DNA from: an uncultured Thiobacillus sp.
Lineage (GTDB): Bacteria > Pseudomonadota > Gammaproteobacteria > Burkholderiales > Thiobacillaceae
DNA length: 49,012 nucleotides
Direction of reading: 5' to 3'
Assembly: GCA_964583195.1 (NCBI GenBank)
Contig: CAZOVQ010000001.1
Span: 1-49,012, forward strand
Below the pieces are notes generated by a model. That model was not told where the DNA came from. It ran no database searches and saw only the letters and a list, made by a program, of their open reading frames with translations. A program made the translations under genes and the position numbers. Positions 1 to 8,410 of the stretch are shown here, piece by piece (the first letter of the stretch is position 1; each line of letters starts with the position of its first letter).

Positions 1-19
1 GTGGTGTTTGAAATACGGG

Positions 20-394
20 TCAGTCATCCTGGGGTAGATCCGAATATTTGAGGGCGTTTCCGCGCGCTTTATCGACCGGATATTTGTGCGCGTTGATTTC
101 CAGTTTCGCAGCCGCCGCATCGAGCAGGTCGATATCGAGCACATCAGCCAGTCGGGTAAGGTAGATCAGCACATCGGCGATTTCCTGACGCACCGCCTCG
201 CGCTGTGCCGCGTCGAGGGTCTGGCTCTGCCCGGGGGTCAGCCACTGGAAAGGCTCCATGAGCTCGGCCGCTTCCACCGCGAGCGCCATGGCAAGATTTT
301 TGGGCGCGTGGTAGCGCTCCCAGGCGCGCGCGCAGGCAAATTCGCGGACGCGCAGCGTGAGGGTGGCAAGGGAGTCGACGGGCGGGGCGGGCAT
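20..394 (-). CDS. MazG-like nucleotide pyrophosphohydrolase (dCTPase/RS21-C6 type)
   Basis: C-terminal part of ORF 20..2251 has WERYHAPKNLAMALAVEAAELME, EIADV and KLEINAHKYP, typical MazG-like motifs. ATG 394 chosen because it lies 7 nt after TATCAT; ATG 403 is possible. Confidence 0.88.
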   Translation of the reverse strand: MPAPPVDSLATLTLRVREFACARAWERYHAPKNLAMALAVEAAELMEPFQWLTPGQSQTLDAAQREAVRQEIADVLIYLTRLADVLDIDLLDAAAAKLEINAHKYPVDKARGNALKYSDLPQDD

Positions 395-433
395 GGCCGG
401 CATGATAACCCGGCGCCGACCGGCCGACGTCAT

Positions 434-449
434 TGTCGAAATGCCGACA
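434..449. promoter_or_regulatory. Enhancer-like palindrome TGTCG-N6-CGACA (candidate binding site of a sigma54 activator, PrsR-type)
   Basis: TGTCGAAATGCCGACA is TGT-N10-ACA and ends 52 nt upstream of the sigma54 site at 502. Confidence 0.6.
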
Positions 450-501
450 CGGGCGATCCGGCGCCCGACCCGGCCGACGCGGACTTTCGCGCCGGGGCGT
501 C

Positions 502-517
502 TGGCCCGCGCCTTGCT
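502..517 (+). promoter_or_regulatory. sigma54 (-24/-12) promoter of the export operon
   Basis: TGGCCC-GCGCC-TTGCT matches TGGCAC-N5-TTGCW with one mismatch and correct GG/GC spacing. Confidence 0.7.
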
Positions 518-569
518 ACGGGAGTTGGGCCGAAGGCCCCGGTGCCACATCGGGTTTCCGCGACCGCTC

Positions 570-578
570 TGGCATAAT
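570..578 (+). promoter_or_regulatory. Possible sigma70 extended -10 element
   Basis: TGGCATAAT (TGn-CATAAT) about 35 nt upstream of the wza-like start; RBS GGGAG at 602-606. Confidence 0.4.
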
Positions 579-613
579 GGCCGGCGGATCAACCGCACCC
601 AGGGAGAATGGAC

Positions 614-1237
614 ATGTTCACGATCGACAAGCATTTGTGGCGCGCCGGGCTGGCGCTGGCGCTTGCCACGCTGGCCGGCTGCGCCGGCACGCCGACCTAT
701 CCGCCCGCACCCGAGCGAACGGGCCAGGTCGACTGGAATTACCTGATCGGGCCGGGCGACTCGGTGCAGGTGTTCGTGTGGCGCAACCCGGAAGTGTCCG
801 GCGCCTTTCCGGTGCGTCCGGACGGCAAGATGACCATGAATCTGGTCGAGGACATCCAGGCGTCCGGCAAGACCCCCAGCCAGCTTGCGCGCGACATCGA
901 AAAAACGCTGTCGAAATACATCCAGGAACCCATCGTCACCGTCATCGTCGCCGGCGGCATCGGCCCCTTCGATCAGCAGATCCGCGTGGTGGGCGAGGCA
1001 GCCAAGCCGCAAGCGCTGAATTACCGGGAGAAGATGAGCCTCGTCGACCTCATGATCGCCGTCGGCGGTCTGACCGATTTCGCGGCCGGCAACAAGGCCT
1101 ACATCCTGCGCACGGTCGACGGCCAGCAACATAAACTCGGCGTGCGCCTCGAAGACCTGCTGAAGGGCGGCGACATTTCCGCCAACGTCGACATGCTTCC
1201 GGGCGACGTGCTGGTGGTGCCCGAGAGCCTGTTCTGA
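614..1237 (+). CDS. Polysaccharide export lipoprotein (Wza-like, PEP-CTERM system-associated, TIGR03027-like)
   Basis: Lipobox LAGC, Poly_export motif YLIGPGD..VRPDGK and an SLBB domain. ATG 614 is 7 nt after GGGAG; the ORF track starts at 608. Confidence 0.92.
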   Translation: MFTIDKHLWRAGLALALATLAGCAGTPTYPPAPERTGQVDWNYLIGPGDSVQVFVWRNPEVSGAFPVRPDGKMTMNLVEDIQASGKTPSQLARDIEKTLSKYIQEPIVTVIVAGGIGPFDQQIRVVGEAAKPQALNYREKMSLVDLMIAVGGLTDFAAGNKAYILRTVDGQQHKLGVRLEDLLKGGDISANVDMLPGDVLVVPESLF

Positions 1238-1244
1238 ACCGCGC

Positions 1245-1270
1245 AAGCGCGCCTTCGGGCGGCGCTTCTT
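1245..1270 (+). terminator. Intercistronic hairpin (weak terminator or mRNA-stabilising stem)
   Basis: AAGCGC-GCC-TTCG-GGC-G-GCGCTT with a cUUCGg tetraloop and a short U tail. Confidence 0.45.
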
Positions 1271-1285
1271 GATGGGTCGTTCCGC

Positions 1286-2824
1286 ATGGACCAACTGCTC
1301 CAACAAATTCTCGGGTACGTCAAGGCCGCCTGGCACCGCCGCTGGTGGGGCATCGCGGTCGCCTGGCTGGTCTGTCTCGTCGGCTGGACCTGGGTGATGG
1401 TCATCCCCGACCGCTATGAGGCGTCCGCGCGCGTCTACGTGGATACGCAGACCCTGCTGAAGCCCCTGTTGTCCGGTCTTGCCGCCGAACCCAACATCGA
1501 ACAGCAGATCAAGCTGATGACGCGTCAGCTCGTCAGCCGGCCCACGCTGGAAAAGGTCGCGCGCATGACCGACCTCGACGTGAAGGCGAAGACCCCCGAA
1601 GACACCGAGAAAATGCTCGACGAACTGGCGGAGAAGATATCCATCGCCGACACCGGACGCGAAAATCTCTACACCATCAGCTACCAGGATGCGAACGGCG
1701 ATCTGGCGAAAAAGGTGGTGCAGTCGCTGCTGACCATCTTCGTCGAAAGCAGCCTTGGCAAGACGCGCCAGGATATCTCCAGCTCGCAGCGCTTCATTGA
1801 GGAACAGCTCCAGCAATACCAGCAGAAACTCACCGACGCGGAGAACGCGCTCAAGGAATTCAAGCAGAAGCACATCGGCATGATGCCGGGACAGGGCGGC
1901 GACTACTACGCCAAGCTCGCCGAAGTCAGCGCGCAACTGCGCCAGGCGCAGCTGGACCAGCAGGAAGCGGTGAACCGGCGCAACCAGTTGAAACGCCAGC
2001 TGGAAGACGAAGAGCCCGAACTGACCGCCGCCGCCGCCGTCGCCTCCAGCAGCAGCGAAATCGACGCCCGCATCCAGACACTGCAAAAACAGATGGACCA
2101 GTTGCGCATGCAGTACACCGACCTGCATCCCGACATCCAAGCGACCAAGCGCCTGATCGACCGGCTCGAAGAGCAGAAAAAAGCCGAGCTGGCCGCCGCG
2201 AAAAAAGCCGGCCCGGCGGGCGCACGCATCCAGAATCCGGTGTACCAGCAACTCACCATCGCCATCGCCGAAGCCGATGCCACCGTGTCCTCACTCGGCG
2301 CGCGCGTCGCCGAATACCAGCGCCGCTTCGGCGACCTGCGCAACGCATCGAACATGATTCCGCAGATCGAACAGGAATACACCCAGCTCACCCGCGACTA
2401 CGAAGTCTACAAGCAGAACTACGACGCGCTCCTGAAGCGCCGCGAGTCGGTGACCATGTCGGGCGAAGTCGAGAGCAAGACCGACACCGTCGATTTCCGG
2501 GTCATCGACCCGCCCTTCGTGCCCAGCCAGCCGGCCTGGCCCAACCGGCCGCTGCTCCTGTCCCTGGTGACCCTGGGGGGTCTGCTGGCGGGCGTGGGCG
2601 TGGCCTTCGTGCTGAGCCAGTTGCGGCGCACCGTGGCCGATCGCCGCGCCCTGCGCGAATTGACCGGCCTGCCGCTTCTGGGCGCCGTGTCGCGCGTGGA
2701 AAACGACGAGACCCGCCGGCGCAAGCGCAAGGGCCTGCTGACCTATCTTGCGGCACTGGGAAGTCTGATCGCCGCCTACGGCGGCATGATGGTCGTGCAA
2801 TTGGTCATGTCGCGCGCCGGCTAG
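1286..2824 (+). CDS. Polysaccharide chain-length determinant (Wzz/GumC-like, TIGR03007-like)
   Basis: N-terminal TM segment, long coiled coil, YTDLHPD motif, FRVIDPP..P..P..PNR followed by a C-terminal TM. Confidence 0.92.
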   Translation: MDQLLQQILGYVKAAWHRRWWGIAVAWLVCLVGWTWVMVIPDRYEASARVYVDTQTLLKPLLSGLAAEPNIEQQIKLMTRQLVSRPTLEKVARMTDLDVKAKTPEDTEKMLDELAEKISIADTGRENLYTISYQDANGDLAKKVVQSLLTIFVESSLGKTRQDISSSQRFIEEQLQQYQQKLTDAENALKEFKQKHIGMMPGQGGDYYAKLAEVSAQLRQAQLDQQEAVNRRNQLKRQLEDEEPELTAAAAVASSSSEIDARIQTLQKQMDQLRMQYTDLHPDIQATKRLIDRLEEQKKAELAAAKKAGPAGARIQNPVYQQLTIAIAEADATVSSLGARVAEYQRRFGDLRNASNMIPQIEQEYTQLTRDYEVYKQNYDALLKRRESVTMSGEVESKTDTVDFRVIDPPFVPSQPAWPNRPLLLSLVTLGGLLAGVGVAFVLSQLRRTVADRRALRELTGLPLLGAVSRVENDETRRRKRKGLLTYLAALGSLIAAYGGMMVVQLVMSRAG

Positions 2825-2832
2825 GAGACACC

Positions 2833-3771
2833 ATGAGCATCATCGAAAAAGCAGCGGGCAAGATCGGGGCGGGGGCATCGTCTCCCGCCGAGTCTCCGTC
2901 CGCACCGCGCGCGCGGGATGCGAGCCTGATCGAAAGCGCACTCGCGCGGCATCAGGAAAAACCGCCCGCGTCCTTCGTCGCGACCCCGGTCGAGCCGGTG
3001 TTCGTGTCCCCGGATTTCGAGCCGGCGGAAGGCGCAAGCCCGGTACAGTCGATCAATCTTGCGCGCCTGCACCGCATGGGCGTGGTCGCGCCGGATGCCG
3101 AAAAGAGCCAGATCGCCGAAGAGTTCCGCATCATCAAGCGACCGCTCATCGCCAATGCCTTCGGCCTCGGAACCACGCGGGTGAAGAACGGTAACCTCAT
3201 CATGGTGACCAGCTCGCTTCCCGGCGAGGGCAAGAGCTTCTGCGCGATCAACCTCGCCATCTCGATGGCGATGGAAATGGACCGCACCGTGCTCCTCGTC
3301 GACGCCGACGTGGCCAAGCCGCGCGTGCCGGAGTATCTCGGCATCCACGTCGACCGAGGCCTCCTGGACGTGCTGCAGGACAAGGACCTGAAACTGTCCG
3401 ACGTGCTCGTCAAGACCGACATCGCCAAGCTCACCGTACTGCCCGCCGGCCGCACCTACAAGCGCGCGACCGAACTGCTCGCCAGCGCGGCCATGACCCG
3501 TCTAGTCGAGGATATCGGAAACCGCTATCCGGACCGTATAATCCTGTTCGATTCCCCGCCCCTGCTCGCCACCAGCGAATCGAGCGTACTGGCCACCCAC
3601 ATGGGCCAGATCGTGATGGTGGTCGAGGCCGAAAAAACCTCGCAGGAAGCCGTGCGGGAGGCGCTCTCCCACATCCATTCGTGTGAAGTGGTGGGCATGT
3701 TGCTGAACAAGACCACGCCGACGCCGGGTGCGGATTATTACTATGGTTACTATGGCAGTTACGGCAAGTAG
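2833..3771 (+). CDS. BY-kinase tyrosine autokinase (TIGR03018-like)
   Basis: EEFRIIKR, Walker A PGEGKS, LVDAD, DSPP and a C-terminal Tyr cluster DYYYGYYGSYGK. Confidence 0.93.
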   Translation: MSIIEKAAGKIGAGASSPAESPSAPRARDASLIESALARHQEKPPASFVATPVEPVFVSPDFEPAEGASPVQSINLARLHRMGVVAPDAEKSQIAEEFRIIKRPLIANAFGLGTTRVKNGNLIMVTSSLPGEGKSFCAINLAISMAMEMDRTVLLVDADVAKPRVPEYLGIHVDRGLLDVLQDKDLKLSDVLVKTDIAKLTVLPAGRTYKRATELLASAAMTRLVEDIGNRYPDRIILFDSPPLLATSESSVLATHMGQIVMVVEAEKTSQEAVREALSHIHSCEVVGMLLNKTTPTPGADYYYGYYGSYGK

Positions 3772-5347
3772 GCCGCGCGGGCCCGGCGCGCAAGCGGGGC
3801 GTACCGGACAAGCTCCCCTGGCGGGAGCTTTTTCCGTCTTCATGGCGTTCGCGGCGCCGGCGCACGCGCTCGACTGGCGCATCGAACCCCGGATCGGAAC
3901 CCAGGTTCTGCTCAGCGACAACGTGAACCAGAGCGACGACAAGCAGTCGGGTACCGCGCTCAGCGTCACCCCGGGCATCGCGTTGCGTTCGGCCGGTTCG
4001 CGCCGGGTCCAGGCCGCGCTGAACTACAACCTTTCGGCGGTTGCGCGCACCGGCGGCGGACGCGACGACGACATCATCCATACCCTGGGCGCAACCGGTC
4101 TGGCCGAAGTCGTCGAGGACTTCATCTTCGTCGAAGGCTCGGCCAACGTTTCCCAGCAATTGATCTCCCTGCTCGGCTCGCCGACGGACGCCACGACCAA
4201 CAGCAGCAACCGGGCCGATGTCGGCACCTATTCGCTCAGCCCCTATGCCGTCCGGCGCCTCGGCAACCTCGCCAACCTGCGCCTGCGCTACACCGCCAGC
4301 GGCGCGATTTTCGAGAACGATGTGGCCGCTTCCTCGAGTGCCAACGCCTTCGAGGCCAACCTCGACAGCGGCCCGCGTTTCGATGATCTCGAATGGGGGC
4401 TGGCGTATTCCTACCGCAAGGCTGCCAACCGCAATTCCCCGGTCGCCACCGCCAACCGCGACGTCACGTTCGAGAGCGCCAATCTGCGTCTGGGCTACGC
4501 ACTCACCCGAAAATTCCGGCTGTTCGGCACCCTCGGCCAGGACTGGAACAGTTTTCTTAGCAGCACGGACAACGACGGCCGCTCGTACAGCGTCGGCTTC
4601 GGCTGGTCGCCGAACCGCCGCGTCAGCCTGGAAGCCTCGGTAGGCGACCGCTATTTCGGCACCACCTACAGCCTCGCCGCGAGCTACCGTACCCGCTTCA
4701 CCAACTGGACCGCCCGCTACACCGAGGACGTCAGCGACATCACCGAACAATTGCTGGGACAAAGCGGCCGCACCTTCTGGAATTGCGGCGGGCTGATTCT
4801 GGAAACCACCGACAGCACGCCCCCGCCGGGATTCTCCAACTGCGTGGGGCCGATCAGCGGCGGACAGCTGGTCGTCGATCCGACCGCCTTGGGCCTGACC
4901 CAGGCGAATCTCGCAGCGCTGGGACTGGGGAACGTCTCGACGACCAATGGCGTATTCGTTCTCAAGGCGCTGAATGCGGGCGTATCGTGGCGCAGCGGAC
5001 GCCTCGATTTCGGCCTGTCCGTGCAGAACACGCGGCGAATTTTCCAGAGCCAGGACAACGCCGAAGACCGGGTCCAGGGCGTATCGGCATCGTCGGGTTA
5101 CCGGCTGACACCCTACACCACCGGCAGGGTCAGCGCGAGTTACACCCGCAACCAGCTCGACAGCACCCTGACCGCCGGCGCGTCGCGCGACGACGATATC
5201 CTGAGTCTGAGCGCGGGGCTCGATCATCGCTTCACGGCGCGGCTGGACGGTGCGTTGACATTCCGTCACACCCAACGTGACTCCAACGAAGCCAGCGCCG
5301 ATTTCGACGAGAACAGCCTGACGGCCTCGGCCAATCTTCGCTTCTAG
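3743..5347 (+). CDS. PEP-CTERM system-associated outer-membrane beta-barrel protein (TIGR03016-like)
   Basis: Signal-peptide-like region ending AHA|LDW, alternating beta-strand pattern, C-terminal Phe (ANLRF). Start uncertain (ATG 3743 or 3752), overlapping the kinase Tyr cluster. Confidence 0.85.
   Translation: MVTMAVTASRPRGPGAQAGRTGQAPLAGAFSVFMAFAAPAHALDWRIEPRIGTQVLLSDNVNQSDDKQSGTALSVTPGIALRSAGSRRVQAALNYNLSAVARTGGGRDDDIIHTLGATGLAEVVEDFIFVEGSANVSQQLISLLGSPTDATTNSSNRADVGTYSLSPYAVRRLGNLANLRLRYTASGAIFENDVAASSSANAFEANLDSGPRFDDLEWGLAYSYRKAANRNSPVATANRDVTFESANLRLGYALTRKFRLFGTLGQDWNSFLSSTDNDGRSYSVGFGWSPNRRVSLEASVGDRYFGTTYSLAASYRTRFTNWTARYTEDVSDITEQLLGQSGRTFWNCGGLILETTDSTPPPGFSNCVGPISGGQLVVDPTALGLTQANLAALGLGNVSTTNGVFVLKALNAGVSWRSGRLDFGLSVQNTRRIFQSQDNAEDRVQGVSASSGYRLTPYTTGRVSASYTRNQLDSTLTAGASRDDDILSLSAGLDHRFTARLDGALTFRHTQRDSNEASADFDENSLTASANLRF
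3810..3833 (+). terminator. Intrinsic terminator-like hairpin inside the 5' end of the beta-barrel gene
   Basis: AAGCTCCC-CTGGC-GGGAGCTT followed by TTT (T-run 3829-3833). Confidence 0.45.
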
Positions 5348-5361
5348 CCGGTCGGCCGGCG

Positions 5362-5377
5362 TGGCACGGCCATTGCT
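5362..5377 (+). promoter_or_regulatory. sigma54 (-24/-12) promoter of the ATPase-wecB-...-O-ligase operon
   Basis: TGGCAC-GGCCA-TTGCT is a perfect consensus match in the 75-nt intergenic gap. Confidence 0.8.
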
Positions 5378-5422
5378 CCCATTCCAGTGCGCCCAGGCGC
5401 GCCCACAGACTACGGACCACCC

Positions 5423-6457
5423 ATGTACGAAGACTACTATCGCTTGAGTGCCAAACCGTTCCAGCTCAACCCCGACCCGCGCTTCTTTTTCGGCTCGAAG
5501 GGGCACAAGCGGGCGATGGCCTATCTCGACTACGGCCTGTCGCTGGGCGAAGGCTTCATCGTCATCACCGGCGAAGTCGGCGCCGGCAAGACCACGCTGG
5601 TGCGCAACCTGTTCCGCCAGCTCGATGCGCACAAGCTCGTCGCGGCGCAGCTCGTATCCACGCAGCTCGATGCCGAGGACACGCTGCGCAGCGTTGCCGC
5701 CTCCTTCGGGCTGGAACACGAAGGCCTGACCAAATCCGCGTTGCTGAAGAACCTGGAAGATTTTCTCGCCGCCGCCGCGCGCCAGGGCAAGCGCGCGCTA
5801 CTGGTGGTCGACGAGGCACAGAACCTCACCCCGCGCGCGGTGGAAGAACTGCGCATGCTGTCCAATTTCCAGAACAGCGAACGCTCGCTGATCCAGACCT
5901 TCCTGCTCGGTCAGCCCGAGTTCCGCGGAATCCTGCAAAGCCCGGACATGCAGCAGCTGCGGCAGCGCGTCGTCGCCTCCTACCACCTCGGCCCGCTCGA
6001 CCCCGAAGAGACGCGCGGCTACATCGAACACCGGCTGCGCACCGTCGGCTGGCAGGGCATGCCGGGCTTCGACGATGCGGCATTCGCCGTGCTGCACCGC
6101 TTCTCCGGCGGCATTCCGCGGCGCATCAACACCACCTGCGACCGCCTGATGCTGTTCGGCTTCCTCGAAGAGAAGAGCCGTTTCGGCGAAGCCGAGGTCG
6201 ACGAAGTCATCGCCGATCTCAGGAACGAAGTGGCGCACCAGGAATTCCGCGGCCCGACGGGCCTGAACGGCCGCGGCGCGGCGGGCGAAGCGGCGGTGGG
6301 CGAGGAAGCGGCCCTGCTGGCGCAGCGGATCGAGCAGCTCGAACGCTCGGTCAACCGCATCCTGCCCATCGTGCGCAAGATTCTCTACACGGTGAGCGAG
6401 CGACAGACGCCGGGCAGCGAAGACGAACTGCCCGACACGCACGGCGTCGCGCACTGA
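5423..6457 (+). CDS. XrtA/PEP-CTERM system ExeA-like AAA ATPase (TIGR03015-like)
   Basis: MYEDYY..KPFQLNPDP, Walker A GEVGAGKT, Walker B VVDEAQNL, GIPRRIN. Confidence 0.92.
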   Translation: MYEDYYRLSAKPFQLNPDPRFFFGSKGHKRAMAYLDYGLSLGEGFIVITGEVGAGKTTLVRNLFRQLDAHKLVAAQLVSTQLDAEDTLRSVAASFGLEHEGLTKSALLKNLEDFLAAAARQGKRALLVVDEAQNLTPRAVEELRMLSNFQNSERSLIQTFLLGQPEFRGILQSPDMQQLRQRVVASYHLGPLDPEETRGYIEHRLRTVGWQGMPGFDDAAFAVLHRFSGGIPRRINTTCDRLMLFGFLEEKSRFGEAEVDEVIADLRNEVAHQEFRGPTGLNGRGAAGEAAVGEEAALLAQRIEQLERSVNRILPIVRKILYTVSERQTPGSEDELPDTHGVAH

Positions 6458-6473
6458 TTTTCGCGGCCCGGTC

Positions 6474-7580
6474 ATGACCCAGGTTTTATGCGTCGCGGGG
6501 GCGCGCCCCAACTTCATGAAAATTGCACCGGTGATGGCCGCTCTGCGCGAGGCTGGCGTCGCCGCGCAACTGCTGCACACCGGCCAGCATTACGACACGA
6601 CGATGAGCGACGGCTTCTTCGCCGACCTCGGGATTCCGCACCCCGACCACCATCTCGAAGTCGGCTCGGGCAGCCATGCAGTGCAGACGGCCGAGGTGAT
6701 GAAGCGCTTTGAGCCCGTGCTCGACCGCGTACAGCCGCAGTCAGTGCTGGTGGTCGGCGACGTCAACTCCACCCTCGCCTGCGCGCTGGTCGCGGCCAAG
6801 CGCGGCGTGCGCGTGGTCCATGTCGAGGCCGGACTGCGAAGCTACGACCGCGGCATGCCCGAAGAAATCAACCGCGTGCTCACCGACCAGCTTTCCGATC
6901 TGCTGTTCACCACCGAGCGAAGCGCGCTTGCCAACCTGGTGCGCGAAGGCATAGCCCCCGAGCGGGTCGAATTCGTCGGCAACGTAATGATCGACACGCT
7001 GCACCGCAATCTGGCGCATGCGGTACCGGCGAGCCGGACGCTCGGCACCCGTCTGGCGCGTCATGCCGTCCTGACCCTGCACCGCCCGTCCAACGTCGAC
7101 GACCCCGACACGCTCGCCGCCCTGCTCGACGTGATCGGCGAAATCAACCGCAGCCTGCCGGTGGTCGTGCCGCTGCATCCGCGCACCCGCAGCAATATCG
7201 AGAAATTCGGCTTCACGGCGAAACTCGATGGCCTGCACGTCCTGCCGCCGACAGGCTACCTGGAAATGCTCGGGCTGATGCGCGATGCCACGCTCGTACT
7301 CACCGATTCCGGCGGCATCCAGGAAGAAACCACGGCGCTCGGCGTGCCCTGCCTCACCCTGCGCAAAAACACCGAACGCCCGATCACGATCGACGAAGGC
7401 ACCAATACGCTGGTCGGTCCCGAACCCGACGCGATTCGGCACGCCTTCGCCGAAGTGATGACGAACGGCGGCAAGAGCGGCCGCATCCCCGAATACTGGG
7501 ATGGCCGCGCCGCCGCGCGCATCGCCGCGAGGCTGAAGAGCTGGCTGGCTGCCCCGACTGCGCACGGAGGTGCACGATGA
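6474..7580 (+). CDS. wecB: UDP-N-acetylglucosamine 2-epimerase (non-hydrolysing)
   Basis: GARPNFMK, HTGQHYD, HVEAGLRS, PEEINR, TDSGGIQEE, TERP. Confidence 0.95.
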   Translation: MTQVLCVAGARPNFMKIAPVMAALREAGVAAQLLHTGQHYDTTMSDGFFADLGIPHPDHHLEVGSGSHAVQTAEVMKRFEPVLDRVQPQSVLVVGDVNSTLACALVAAKRGVRVVHVEAGLRSYDRGMPEEINRVLTDQLSDLLFTTERSALANLVREGIAPERVEFVGNVMIDTLHRNLAHAVPASRTLGTRLARHAVLTLHRPSNVDDPDTLAALLDVIGEINRSLPVVVPLHPRTRSNIEKFGFTAKLDGLHVLPPTGYLEMLGLMRDATLVLTDSGGIQEETTALGVPCLTLRKNTERPITIDEGTNTLVGPEPDAIRHAFAEVMTNGGKSGRIPEYWDGRAAARIAARLKSWLAAPTAHGGAR

Positions 7581-8410
7581 AGAACGCCATGTCGATCGAC
7601 GTCGAGGACTATTTCCAGGTTTCGGCGTTCGCGCCGCATATCCGCCGCGAGAACTGGGATCGGCTGCCCTGCCGCGTCGAACGCAACGTCGATGTCATAC
7701 TCGGACTGCTCGACGAAGCCGGCGCGCACGCCACCTTCTTTACCCTCGGCTGGATCGCCGAACGCTACCCGCAGGTCGTGCGCCGCATCGTCGACAACGG
7801 CCACGAACTCGCCAGCCACGGCTACGGCCACCAGCGCGCGAACGAGCTCACGCCGGAGCAGTTCCGCGACGACATCACCCGCGCCAAACGCATCCTCGAA
7901 GACCAGGGCGGCGTCTCCGTGCGCGGCTACCGCGCGCCGAGTTTTTCCATCGACGCCAGCAACGGGTGGGCCGTCGGTGAGCTGGAAAACGCCGGTTACG
8001 TCTATAGCTCCAGCATCTATCCCGTGAAACACGACCACTACGGCATGCCGGACGCGCCGCGCTTTCCGCATCGTCCCCACGGCGAATCGGGCATCCTCGA
8101 ACTGCCACCAACCACGCTGCCCCTGCTGGGCCGCAACCTGCCCGCGGCGGGCGGCGGCTGGTTCCGGCTGCTGCCGTATTCGCTGTCGCGCTGGATGCTG
8201 CGCCGGGTGAACGTGAACGAGCAGGCGCCCTGCATGTTCTACTTCCATCCCTGGGAGCTCGACGCCGAGCAACCACGCCAGCACGGCCTGCCCGCCAGGA
8301 CCCGGTTCCGCCATTACGTCAATCTGCAACGCATGCCCGGCAGACTGCGGCAGTTGCTGAACGATTTCGAGTGGGACCGCGTCGACCGCGTGTTCCTGAA
8401 CGGACAATGA
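7577..8410 (+). CDS. XrtA-system polysaccharide deacetylase (TIGR03006-like)
   Basis: SIDVEDYFQV, ATFFTLGW, HELASHGYGH, YRAPSFS, YFHPWE. Confidence 0.92.
   Translation: MKNAMSIDVEDYFQVSAFAPHIRRENWDRLPCRVERNVDVILGLLDEAGAHATFFTLGWIAERYPQVVRRIVDNGHELASHGYGHQRANELTPEQFRDDITRAKRILEDQGGVSVRGYRAPSFSIDASNGWAVGELENAGYVYSSSIYPVKHDHYGMPDAPRFPHRPHGESGILELPPTTLPLLGRNLPAAGGGWFRLLPYSLSRWMLRRVNVNEQAPCMFYFHPWELDAEQPRQHGLPARTRFRHYVNLQRMPGRLRQLLNDFEWDRVDRVFLNGQ

Noticed and set aside
20..2251. 743-aa minus-strand ORF
   Set aside because: Only the last ~125 aa are a real MazG-like protein; the rest is antisense shadow of the wza and chain-length genes.
3431..5719. 762-aa minus-strand ORF and many similar long antisense ORFs (e.g. 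34073-35791, 40067-41467)
   Set aside because: Stop-poor antisense frames of high-GC genes with no recognisable motifs.
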